This document shows, piece after piece, positions 41,690-53,952 of a stretch of 64,000 nt of DNA (position 1 is its first letter; each line of letters begins with the position of its first letter). Made by a program: the position numbers and the translations under genes. Under the pieces are notes generated by a model. The model ran no database searches and had not been told where the DNA came from. It worked only from the letters and a program-made list of their open reading frames with translations. Source of the DNA: Chiloscyllium plagiosum (Eukaryota); the NCBI RefSeq assembly GCF_004010195.1, contig NC_057720.1:36336140-36400139 (forward strand), given 5' to 3'.

Positions 41690-42265
41690 TTGTGAAATTT
41701 GAAAGGGTTCAGAAAAGACTTACAAAGATGTTGCCAGGGTTGGAGGGTTTGAGCTATAGGGAGAGGCTGACTAGGTTAAGGCAATTTTCCCTGGAGCGTT
41801 GGAGGCTGAGGGGTGACATTATAGAGGTTTATAAAATCAAGATGGGCATGTTTAGGGTAAATAGACACAGTCTTTTCCCTGGGATGGGAGAGTCCAGAAC
41901 TAGAGGGCATAGGTTTAAGGTGAGAGGAAAAGATTTAAAAAGGGACCTAAGGGGCAAATTTGTCACACAAAGGGGTGTCAGACATCAATTCTCCTGCTCC
42001 TTGGATACTGCCTGACCTGCTGTGCTTTTCCAGCACCACACTCTCAACAAAGGGTGGTGCATGTATGGAATGAGCTGCCAGAGGAAGTGGAGGCAGCTGG
42101 GACAATTACCGCATTCAAAAGACACCTGGCGAGGTGTACGAATGGGAAGGGTTTATAGGGCCTAGTGCTAGCAAATGGGACTAGATTAAGTTAAGATATC
42201 TGGTCAGCATGGACAAGTTGGACAGAATGGTCTGTTTCTGTGCTGTACATCCCTATGACTCTATT
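41690..42265 (+). mobile_element. CR1 3' end with a ~70-bp PLE piece at ~41978-42048
   Basis: ERVQKRLTKMLPGLEGLSYRERL...RTRGHRFKVRG; tail ctatgactct. Confidence 0.85.
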
Positions 42266-42668
42266 CCCAAGTCCTGCAATATTTAATCACAGGATACGAT
42301 TAACACTTTTGTCCCCACTTCCCAGCCTGAGGCTACGCGGATTGAGAAGTCAGAAGGGAAGACTGGGTGAAGTGTGGAAGGGACGCTGGAATGTGGGGTG
42401 GGGAGTGAGAGATTATTAAATTTACAGGTAAGGGTGACTGAAGATGTGAACATGCAGCCTCAGGAAAAAGGAATACCCAATAACTAAAAAAGTTGAGATT
42501 AAAATTAAAAACTCATCAGAAGATGAATTCTTAGACATAAATAAAGCCATTCCAAAAACAATTGATAAAAAAAAAGTCCATGAGATTAAAAGGTGCAGCA
42601 GTAGTGAGGATACAATACTGGGCAAGACAAAGTGTACAACGTAGTAGCGAATAGAAAAAACACACATC

Positions 42669-42983
42669 GATTAGATTACTTAGAGTGTGGAAACAGGCCC
42701 TTCCACCCAACAAGTCCACACCAACCCGCCGAAGCGCAACCCACCCAGACCCATTCCCCGACATTTACCCCTTCACCTAACACTATGGGCAATTTAGCGT
42801 GGCCAATCTACCTAACCTGCACATTTTGGATTGTGGGAGGAAACTAGAGCACCTGGAGGAAACCCACGCAGTCACGGGGAGAATGTGCAAACTCCACATA
42901 GAGAGTCGCCTGAGGCGGGAATTGAACCCAGGTCTCTGGCGCTGTGAGGCAGCAGTGCTAACCACTGTGCCACCATGCCACCC
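42669..42983 (-). mobile_element. Full-length V-SINE (HE1-like)
   Basis: A/B boxes, V-domain, taatc tail. Confidence 0.9.
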
Positions 42984-42989
42984 ATTAAT

Positions 42990-43132
42990 CGATGTTGGAA
43001 ATCAGAAACAAAACAGAAATTGCAGGGAAAACTCAGTTCAGAAGAAGGGTCATGGACCCAAAATGTTAACACTGTTTTCTGTCCACATACCTGCCAAATC
43101 TGCTAAGTTTTCCCAACAATGTCTGCTCTTCT
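42990..43132. mobile_element. Old palindromic second-family PLE mini-insertion (degenerate hammerhead 43035-43070, +)
   Basis: A minus tail arm followed by agtt-cagaaga-a-gggtc-atg-gaccc-aaaa-t-gtt-aac. Confidence 0.6.
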
Positions 43133-44414
43133 AATGGTGAATAACTGATCAAGGTAAGCAGTGATGTCTCCAGAGTCAGTATTAGGACCACTACTATCTT
43201 TAAGATACTACCAATGTTAACTTGGATATAAGAAATAGATGTTTTGACTGAACTGGCACTCAGAGTTTGAGAGAGTGTGTTTGCGTGTGTGATTATGGGA
43301 ACCTACCCTGCTCCAGATGGTCATCCTGCAGCATTAAACACTTCAAGAAGCACAAAATGAAATGAAGCAGGTCATCTACTCTCTTTTCAGGAACAGGTCC
43401 TGTCTCCAAACTACCATAGAATCAAACGTCCTTCAGTAACTGGACAGTGAAGGTCAGTCACAAGAATGATTGTGAGGGACAGTGTGGTGTGTAGAGAGAG
43501 GATGGAGAGGTATTGAGTACAGATGGCCCTGAAAGAAGACTCTCCACCTCTTGTCTGATGCAATAGTTAAAGTTGCCAAGTTCCACACATGGAGTAGCCC
43601 TAAAGCACCCATTAATTGGCCACTTAAGGATTTTAGTTACTCAAGGGTGGGCAAACCTTACCCACCTTCAAACTTGTTGTCAAAGGGATGCATGATCCAG
43701 CCCACAACTTTGCAGATGTCACGAAGCTTAGAAATGTAGTTAATAGGAGTAAATAATAAAGGTTTTAGGAAGATGAGGAGGACAATGGATACATGGCAAA
43801 TAATGTTGAATGCCCAGTGTAAAATGATGCATTTTGAACAGAAAAATGGTGGGCTGTGCGAATTAAATTGCTCAATTTTAATGAGACTATAAAAACAAAG
43901 AATAATTAGTGGAAACAGATTTCAGATAATTGGCAAATAAATAAAGGGCAAAGAATTTTGAAAATGTATTAAGAACTGGAATGCCCTACCCGAAAATGAT
44001 GGAAGCAAATTCAAATGTAAGTTACAAAAGACAACTGAATATATGCTTGAAAAAATTAAATCTGCAGGCACATGGAGAGAGAACAGGAACATGGGACTAA
44101 TTGCATAGATTTTTAAAGAGTTGGCATAAGCACAATGGGCTGAATAGCCTCCTTGTAGGCTATAATATTCTATAATACAAATCAGTAAAAGTAGATATTT
44201 CCTAATCAATCTGTTCAGAGACCCTGGAATATGTGGGACTTGACCCTGGGACACTATCACTATTCCACAAGAGCCCTGAATTCAGGGGTGGGACTTGAAC
44301 TCACAACCTTTGGGCTCAGAGACAAGACTGCTACCTCCTGAGCCATGGCCAATATGCTATCATTAACTCCAAATTTCTTTCCAATTTACTCTATTACATT
44401 TGGCACTAAATATC

Positions 44415-46815
44415 CCAGAATATCAGTGCTTCGGGTGGGATAAAGAGAGAAGCAAAAGGAGTGGAAGAGTTGCATTACTGCTCAAGGAAGATATCACAGC
44501 TATGCTGAAGGAGGGCACAATGGAAGACTTGAGCAGTGAGGCAATATGGCAGAGCTCAAAAATAGGAAAGGTGTGATAACAATGTCGGGATTGTACTAAC
44601 AGTGAAAATGAGATGTAGAGTGATCATAGAAAGATATAGAAGCAAAAGGGTGGTGGTGATAGGAGATTTTAATTTTCCCAACATTGACTGGAATTCACTT
44701 AAGTGTTAGAGGTTTGGATGGAGCAGAATTTGTAAGGAGCATCCACGAGAGTTTGAGTAGTATGTAAATAATCCAACTAGGGAAGGGGCCATACTGGACC
44801 TGGTGTTGGGAAATGAGCCCGGCCAGGTGGTTGAAGTTTCAGTAGGGGATTATTTGGGAATAGTGATCACAATTCCATAAGCTTTAGAATTCTCATGGAC
44901 AAAGATAAGAGTAGTCCTAAATGAAGAATGCTAAATTGGGGGAAGGCCAACTATACCAAAATTCGGCAGGAGCTGGGGAATGTCGATTGAGAGCAACTGT
45001 TTGAAGGGAAATCCACATTCAATATATGGGAGGCTTTTAAAGAGAGGTAATGTTGCTATGAAAATGAGGGATAGAAATGGCAAGAAATGGAGGTCCCAGA
45101 GGACTGGATAATTGCTAATATTGTCCCCTTGTTTAAGAAGGGTAGCAGGGATAATTCATGTAATTACAGACCTGTGAGCCTGATGTCAGTGGTACTGGAG
45201 AAGATACTAAGAGGTAGGATATAAACCCATTTGGAAGAAAATGGGCAAATCAGTGACAGACAGCATGGTTTTGTGCAGGGAAGGTCATGTCTTACAAACC
45301 TAATATAATTCATTGGAGAGGTGACAAAGTTGATTGATGAGGAAAGGGATGTAGATGTCATATACATGGACTTTAGTAAAGTGTTTGATAAAAGTCCCCC
45401 ATGGTAGGCTGATGAAGGAGGTGAGGACACATGGGATTCAGGGTGTTCTGGCTAGACGGATAGAGAACTGGTTGGGCAACAGAAGACAGAGAGTAATAGT
45501 GGAAGGGAGCTTCTCAAAATGGAGACCTGTGACCAGTGGTGTCCCACAGGGACGTGTATTGGGACCACTGTTGTTTGTGATATACATCAATGATTTGGAG
45601 GAAGGTGTAGGTTGCCTCATTAGCAAGTTTGCAGATGAAACTAAGATTGGTGAAGTAGCAGATAGTGAAGGGGACTATCAAGAGAATACAGCAGAATATA
45701 GATGGATTGGAGAGTTGGGCAGAGAAATGGCAGATGGAGTTCAATCTGGACAAATGCAAGGTGATGCATTTTGGAAGCTCCAATTCAAGAGTAAATGGAA
45801 AAGTACTGGGGAAAATTGATGTACAGAGAAATCTGGGTGTTCAAATCCACTGTTCCCTGAAGGTGGCAACGCAGGTCAGTAGAGTGGTCAAGAAGGCATA
45901 CGGCATGCTTTCCTTCATTGGATGGGATATTGAATACAAGAGTTGGCAGGTCATGTTACAGTTGTATAAGACTTTGGTTTGGCCACATTTGGAATAGTGT
46001 ACAGCTCTGGTCGCCACATTATCAAAAGGATGTGGATGTTTTGAAGAGGGTGCAGAGGAGGTTCACATGGTATAGAGGGTGCTAGCTCTTAGGAGAGGTT
46101 GAGTAGATTAGGATTATTTTCATTGGAAAGAAGATGGTTGAGGGGGGACCTGATTGAGGCCTACAAAATCATGAGAGGTGTAGACAGGGTGGATAGCAAG
46201 AAACAGAGTATTTTCCATGGGGTGGGGGAGTCCAGAACTCGAGGGCATAGGGCGAGGGGGGGCAAGATATAAAAAAAGACCTAAGGAGCAACGTTTTCAC
46301 AGAGGGTGGTACGTGTATGGAATGAACTGCCAGAGGAAGTGGAGGAGGTTAGTACAATTGCAACAATTTAAAGGCATTTAGATGGGTATATGAATAGGAA
46401 GGGTTTGGAGGGATATGTGCTAGGTGCTGGCAGGTGGGACTACATTGCATTGGGATATCTGGTTGGCATGGACGGGTTGGACCAAAGGGTCTGTTTCCGT
46501 GTTGTACATCTCTATGACTCTAAACATTTTCCCAGAGTACAGGACTCAGTTACTAGGGGTCACGAGTTCAAAGTGAGAGGGAAAAGGTTTAGAGGAGATA
46601 AAAGGGTGGTGGGTGCCTGGAATGCGTTGCCAGTGGAGGTGGGAGCAGTGGGAACAATACCATCATTTAAAATGTATCTAGATAGATACATGAATGGGTA
46701 GGGAGCAAGGATACAGTCCCTTAGAGAATAGGTGGCAGGTTTAGACAGAGGATCTGGATTGGCACAGGCTTGGAGGGCCAAAAGGCCTGTTCCTGGGCTA
46801 TAAGATTCTTTGTTC
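44415..46815 (+). mobile_element. Decayed CR1 ORF2 (endonuclease and RT) with a nested second CR1 3' end (~46208-46521)
   Basis: [48 protein letters not shown]. Confidence 0.88.
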
Positions 46816-48379
46816 AATTGCAAAACTGCTTCTACTTTCAACAACAAAATGGATTAAATCACTGAGGTGCATTTATTCTCGAGTATGTTGAATCAAAAAC
46901 ATTCATAGCATACATCAAATATTGTTTTCCTACAACTAAGTTTATACTAAAGTACAAATCGAAGTGACAATGTAGATATCCAGTCAGTAACTGCGGTTAT
47001 TACTTAAAGAAAATGCCATTTAAAACAATTCTGATTAAAAAAATTTTTAAAAAGTAAGCTGATTTTAACAAACTTGCTTGTGCTTTTTTACATTAGTTTT
47101 GTCCATCATATCAAAGAATCATCATTTCTATTTTAGTCATCCCAAGACCATCAGCCCCTGAAGGACGCAGTTCTACAAATATCCTCACTCTCAATAATGG
47201 AGAACCCAGCACATCAGTGCAAAAGATAAAGCTGAAGGATTCACAATAAGGTTCACCCAGTAGTGCTGAATTAGTGATCCATCTCGCACCACTTTAAAAA
47301 CTCCCAGCATCACCAGTGACAGTCTTCTGCCAATTCAATTCATTCCATACAATACCAAGAAATAGCTCAAGGCATTACATGTTGCAAAGGGTCTAAGTCC
47401 CAACAACATTCTAGCAATGTCAACAAACACATGTGCTCCAAAAATTGCAGCACTCCTAGCTAAGCTGTTTCAGTATAGCTGCAACACTGACACCTAACAG
47501 GTAGATGGGCAATAAATGCTGGCCTGGTCAGTTATATCCACAACTCACAAATGAATAAAACTGATTAAACCTTTGAACATTTTAACCAAAACAAGCAAAT
47601 TGCTTACATTTTTATCATCTTAAATATGTAAAGACTGCCTTTATAAACCCAAAAGCAAGAGTGTCATTGGCAAAGCCAGCAATTTTCTATAGCCCCAAGT
47701 TCCTTGAGAAGGAGCTGAAGGCAAGACTTCTTTAACTGCAGCCATCCATCTGGTCTAGTGACATGTATAGTGCTATTGGGACAAGTTCCAGGTTTTTGAT
47801 CCAGCAAAAAAAAATTGCCAGTTGCAGCTGGTGGCATTCCCATATGATGTTCTAGGTGGTACAGGTAATAAGTTTGGAAGGAACTCCTAACCAAGGCTGT
47901 TACCAGTGGTAGAGGGGGCCAATATCTGGGCTTTGTCCAAAATGTTATTGAGCTTCTAGAGTTCTGTTAGAGACAAACTCATCCCAGCAATTGGGGTGAT
48001 TCTATCACACTCCTGATTATGATGGCAGACAGGCCGTGTGAAGGAAACAGATGAGTTACTCTTAGGAAAAGACCTACCTTCTGTTCTGCTCTGGTACCCA
48101 CAGTACTTATATGGCTGGAGGAGAAAGTGAAGACTGCAGATGCTGGAGATCAGAGCTGAAAATGTGTTGCAGGAAAAGCGCAGCAGTCAGGCAGCATCCA
48201 AGGAACAGGAGAATTGACGTTTCGGGCATAAGCCCTTCTTCAGGAATGAGGAAAGTGTGTCCAGCAGGCTAAGATAAAAGGTAGGGAGGAGGGACTTGGG
48301 GGAGGGGCATTGGAAATGCGATTGGTGGAGGGAGGTCAAGGTGAGGGTGATAGGCCGGAGTGGGGTGGGGGCGGAGAGG

Positions 48380-48882
48380 NNNNNNNNNNNNNNNNNNNNN
48401 NNNNNNNNNNNNNNNNNNNNNNNNNNNNNNNNNNNNNNNNNNNNNNNNNNNNNNNNNNNNNNNNNNNNNNNNNNNNNNNNNNNNNNNNNNNNNNNNNNNN
48501 NNNNNNNNNNNNNNNNNNNNNNNNNNNNNNNNNNNNNNNNNNNNNNNNNNNNNNNNNNNNNNNNNNNNNNNNNNNNNNNNNNNNNNNNNNNNNNNNNNNN
48601 NNNNNNNNNNNNNNNNNNNNNNNNNNNNNNNNNNNNNNNNNNNNNNNNNNNNNNNNNNNNNNNNNNNNNNNNNNNNNNNNNNNNNNNNNNNNNNNNNNNN
48701 NNNNNNNNNNNNNNNNNNNNNNNNNNNNNNNNNNNNNNNNNNNNNNNNNNNNNNNNNNNNNNNNNNNNNNNNNNNNNNNNNNNNNNNNNNNNNNNNNNNN
48801 NNNNNNNNNNNNNNNNNNNNNNNNNNNNNNNNNNNNNNNNNNNNNNNNNNNNNNNNNNNNNNNNNNNNNNNNNNNNNNNNNN
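48380..48882. other. Assembly gap (503 N)
   Basis: Run of N. Confidence 1.
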
Positions 48883-49222
48883 CATAGGAGTGGAAGTGAG
48901 GCCATTCGGCCCATCGTGTCCACTCCGCCATTCAATCATGGCTGATGCGCATTTCAGCTCCACTTACCAGTGTTCTCCCCGTAGCCCTTAATTCCTCTAG
49001 ACAACAAGAATCTATCAATCTCGGCCTTGATGACATTTAGCGTCCCGGCTTCCACTGCACTCTGTGGCAATGAATTCCACAGGCCCACCACTCTCTGGCT
49101 GAAGAAATGTCTCCGCATTTCTGTTCTGAAATGACCCCCTCTAATTCTAAGGCTGTGTCCAAGGGTCCTAGTCTCCTCGTTTAACTGAAACAATTTCCTA
49201 GCATCCACCTTTTCCAAGCCAT
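48883..49222 (-). mobile_element. CR1 3' end (same subfamily as 27000-27415)
   Basis: GHSLRIRGG.FR.EMRRHFFSQRVVGLWNSLP in ORF 48954(-). Confidence 0.85.
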
Positions 49223-50639
49223 TGGAAGTATCCCTTGGGGCCTTGGAGGGAAGTAAGGGGGGAGGTGTGGGCTGGTTCCATTTCTGGTCAATAATAATGT
49301 TGATGCTATTGGAATGTTATGGGGAGATATATTATCTCAGAAATGGTCATTCAAATCACACTATCGCAGGGCAATGGTACAAGTTACTGGCTGAAGCATA
49401 AAGGTTGTCCATGTTTTGTTGAATATGAACAGCTTCAATAGCTGAGAAGTTCTGAGTGACTTGCAATCTTGCACAATCAATGAACATCCCCACTTCCAAT
49501 ATTAATTAATGAAGCAGCTAAAGATGATTAGCCATGGGCATAACCCTGCGAAATTCTAACTGTGATGTTCTGGGACTGAGATGATTGAAGGACAACACTT
49601 GCAGTGTTGGCAAGAGGCTGAGCCTATATTCATGGGAGTTTAAAAATGAGAGATCATCTGATTGAAACAAGATCTTGAGGTGATTTAAAGTAGATGCTGA
49701 AAGGTTGTGGCCCCTTAAGGGAGAAACTAGAATGAGGAAACAGATTAAAAATGAGAGATCTTCCATTTAAGAAAGAGATGAAGAGAATTTTTTTTCTGTC
49801 AGAGGGTTTCTCTCTTCCTCAGGGAGTGCAGGAACAGCAGCATTGAATATTTTAAGCCTGAAGTAGATTGATTCTTGACTAACAAGGAGTCAAAGATTGT
49901 TGGGGTTAGGCAGAAGTGTGAAGTTGTATCCACAATCTGATCAACCATAATGTTATTAAATAGCAGAGCAGATAGAAGGGCCAAATAGCCTACTCCTGCT
50001 TCAGATTTAATAGGCCACCTTGATGTCACATGTAGTGAAATGCCACCTTGATGTCAAGGACTCTTACCTCACTTCTTGAATTCATGTTTAAACCTCATGA
50101 GTGTAAATTCATGAGTTCAGATTCTTACTTGTCCTTGCAGAAGCAAATCTGAGCATTAGGAAGCAGGTTACTAAGTGTCACTTGATAGCCCTGTCAACAA
50201 TATATTCCAACACTTGACTGAAGATCAACGTTAGATCAATATTAGAGGGCAGGAGGTATTTAGCAAGATTGGATTTATCCTGCCTTTTGTGCCCGAGAAT
50301 ATACAGGCATTTTTTTTCCATGTTGTCAGTAGATGTCAGTGTTGCAGCTTAACTAAAGTATGTGGCTGGTCCGAGAATATACATCTTCAGTGCTATTACC
50401 AAGGTGTTGTCAGTAAACATAGACTTTTCTGTATCCACTGTCTTTAGTTGTTTCTTTATATTATGTAAAGTTATTCAAATTGGTTGGAGACTGGCATCCA
50501 GTGATTTAAAAGACCTCAGGAAGAAGCTAAGATGGATCACCCACTTAGACCTTCGGTCTTATCTTTTGCATTGACATACTGGTCCCATCCATCACTGATG
50601 ATGGGATGTTTGTTGGTGCACCTGCTTGGATTATCAAAT

Positions 50640-50775
50640 TAAAGCAAATACGGAAGATGCTGGAAATCTGAACGGAAATCAGAAAGTGCTAGAGAAACTC
50701 AGTAGTTCTAGCAGCATCTGTGAAGAGAGAAAAAGAATTAGTATTTCAAGTCCGTTATGATTCTTCTTCAGAACT
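50640..50775 (-). mobile_element. Old second-family PLE mini-element starting at a degenerate hammerhead
   Basis: The minus strand starts agtt-ctgaaga-a...gaaa and continues into the shared gatgctgc...tgagtttctc...ttccagcatct tail. Confidence 0.65.
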
Positions 50776-51224
50776 GTTCTTTAGTTCTGAATTGTTAGAC
50801 CACTATTCATCAGTGAATGTGTCAACCCTGTCGAGCTTTGATCTGATCATTAGTTGTGGAACCACTTAGCTCTATCTATGCACTGCTTGGCTTGTATGTA
50901 GCCCTTTAATATAGCTTCAATGGGTTGACACCTTATTTTAGCTATGCCTGACCTTGCTTGCAATATTCTCTCCTGAACTTCCATCAAAGCAAGGTTGATC
51001 CACTGGCTTGATGATAATAGCAGAGTGAGGAATATGCCAGATTCTGGTTGAACACAGTTCTCCTGCTGGTAATAATCTACAGGACCCTGTGGATGCCCAG
51101 TTTTGAGCTCAGTCAGAGGTGGCTCCAAGCCACTTCTGGTGATGGGCATTGAAGTCTCACAGTCAGAGCATCAGAGCAAATTTAGTGAAGCAACAGGACA
51201 CATGAACATAGATTCAATTGTAAT

Positions 51225-51713
51225 TGTTGTGGTTCTGTTCGCCGAGCTGGGAATTTGTGTTGCAGACGCTTCGTCCTCTGTCTAGGTGACATCCTCAGTG
51301 CTTGGCTGCTTCCTGTGAAGCGCTTCTGTGATCTTTCCTCCGGCATTTGTAGTGGTTTGAATCTGCCGCTTCCGGTTGTCAGTTCCAGCTGTCCGTTGCA
51401 GTGGCCGGTATATTGGGTCCAGATCGATGTGCTTATTGATTGAATCTGTGGATGAGTGCAAATTCAATCAATAAGTACATCGACCTGGACCCAATATACC
51501 GGCCACTGCAACGGACAGCTGGAACTGACAACCGGAAGCGGCAGATTCAAACCACTACAAATGCCGGAGGAAAGATCACAGAAGCGCTTCACAGGAGGCA
51601 GCCAAGCACTGAGAATGTCACCTAGACAGGGGACGAAACGTCTGCAACACAAATTCCCAGCTCGGCGAACAGAACCACAACAACAAGCACCCGAGCTACA
51701 AATCTTTTCACAA
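51225..51713. mobile_element. Palindromic PLE insertion: two inverted 3' ends (~220-bp arms), each with a hammerhead motif
   Basis: Arms 51224-51445 and 51462-51683; 13-bp TSD attcaattgtaat at 51212-51224 and 51714-51726; both arms encode the GIY-YIG C-terminal SINK(H/Y)IDLDPIY. Confidence 0.9.
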
Positions 51714-53100
51714 ATTCAATTGTAATATCCAAGATTTGTGCGAAAGCATCTCCAGATCATATATGTGGTCATGGCGCAACTAAAGTTTCATAGCATTTTA
51801 TTTTTAAAAATTACTTCTTCAAATTGTAAACATTTGTCTTTTATACCCATTAACAGTTATCTGTAAACTTTATGCCTGATAACACACACCCTGGATATTA
51901 TAGTACTGCAGCAACATGATTAGACTACAGAGACAAATCTGATGCACAGACTTTCTTCTCATAACGCAGAACTCACTTTCTATTTCTATACCTGATTGTC
52001 ATTGACAATGTACTTTGAATATTGCAGTGCAGTGGAATTGGAATGAAAACAACTCAACACATTTTTTCATTGGTCCTGTCAATCCCACTTCAGTTTCAAG
52101 TTCCATGCCATTATATATCGCCTTTTATCCATGGAGATCCAATCTCACTAGCTTCACCAGGTCAGCTGGCGGACTTGCCACTTCTTCCTTGAAGGAGATC
52201 CAAGAATTCTCTATCTATCATGACTATCTTCCAGCCCTAGGCTAACGTATTCACACAGTGAACAACTTCTCTTTTTGAGTCAACTCATTGATTTCAAATA
52301 AATGTGCTGCTATGGCAACCTACATAATTCTGAGCAATACCTGCCTTTTCTTTTTGGGTTATGTGGCTCATTCATAATCTAAATTCCATTTCGATCCCCT
52401 CCCCAGCCTCTATTATCATACATTAATGACAGTACCAACACAGTTTCCTGCTCTCAGCTCAACCCAAGTTGTCATCTTTGATTCAAAATTCCACCCTTCT
52501 TTAATGGTTCATCTCTAAATATTCCTTTCCCTTTCTCAACTTCTCGGTTTCAATTTTTAATTATGTGCAGATCTTGACCAATATTCACCATAAACTCAGT
52601 GACTCCCATCCTCATACCCTAGTTCTGTAGGGGACTTGATTCCAGTCTTCAAGTTTCTCCATCACATTTGTTCTCAAGATGCTAACTTTCAAACCAGTCA
52701 TTCAGATCAGTCTCCCTTTACCTTCAACAAATAACTCCCTTTGACTGTTAAAATACCTCAGCCCTGTACAGACAGTATTTAAATAGACAGCCGTGAGAAG
52801 TGCATTAATAAAGGAGTCAGGCATTATTCTGAAAACTTGACTACCGTGTTTACCTAATTTTAATTTAATGTTTTTCTTCAAAACTGAAATCTCCACTTTC
52901 CGAAGCATAAGATGCACTCAGAATTTCAGCAGAATCCAGGAACAGTGAGAAATAGAGTAATACAACACTGCAATATTCCACAGCTGCCATGAGAGGCTGC
53001 TCTAACACAAAGCTGTTAGAGGTTATAAACACATCCTCAATAAACCAATCACTTAGTGAGCAGTTAGTAAAAACATTATTTTTCATTTGCTTTAACTTAC

Positions 53101-53192
53101 TTTTTGTCAGAGTACAATAGAGCATAAACTTCTCTGTGCATTCCCTCTGGTCTTTTAAATGTAAGCGCTTCTGTGGACTTCTTTGATTTTTT
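53101..53192 (-). CDS. DMAP1: DMAP1 coding exon 2 (KKSKKSTEALTFKRPEGMHREVYALLYSDK-K)
   Basis: ttattcag|AAA AAA TCA ... GAC AAA AA|gtaagt; 92 nt, ends in phase 2. Confidence 0.96.
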
Positions 53193-53952
53193 CTGAATAA
53201 AATAGGAATTTATTATTCAAAATTAGCTTTGACATTAAGGATTAAAATAAAGCTAAATACTGCAGCTGCTTTAAATCTGAAATAAAAACAGTAAGTGCTG
53301 AAGAAACTTCACAGATCTGGCGATATCAATAGACATAGATCCAGAGTTTTGGACCCAATGATCAGAGAATAGTGATTGAACTCAAGACATTTTCTCTCTT
53401 CATGGTTGTCAGACATGATGAGTTTCTCCAGCACGTTCTGTTTTTATTTACCATTAAGCAACACAGCGGAGAGTGAAAATGAGAAGAGTTAAACTCTACA
53501 TAAAATAAAATCACAATTAGTGGAAAGGAAAACACAAGAAGGGACAAAATAAGAATTAGATTGAAAATTAAAAAATGCATTCTCCCAAACTGGTATACAG
53601 CAACCTATTGCTGCAGAATTTCAGCTTTACATTGAAGTAAGTTACTATTGTTGGACAGCTGTGGTGTAAAATTATGTCCCAATACATGTGTGAATCATAA
53701 TGTAACACATGTATTGGGCCAAGCAGTGGAATGTGGTGAAAGGGTTAAAATTGTGTCCCAATACATGTGTGAATCTAACCGAAAATGGAAGGTGTCGCTT
53801 AGTCCCGTGTGAATCTTATTACACACCTTCCCGTGTGAATCTTCTTATCTGTATGTGACCAGAATGGAATGTGTTTTTCAGCCTTGCTCTGCTGTTCACA
53901 TGAATGTTTAGATCTCGAAAAGAGTATATCAGCTGGAAAAGTCTCCAGTTCG

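Larger units (their letters stand above)
48118..49270 (-). mobile_element. PLE 3' part with hammerhead motif 48212-48247; interrupted by a gap and a CR1 3' end
   Basis: Same pLTR as 16858/24836; GPKG-coding PLE sequence resumes at 49222-49270. Confidence 0.8.

Noticed and set aside
48187..48991. Long ORFs of 175-258 aa (and similar X-rich ORFs at 32106-32661)
   Set aside because: Artefacts of reading through N gaps.
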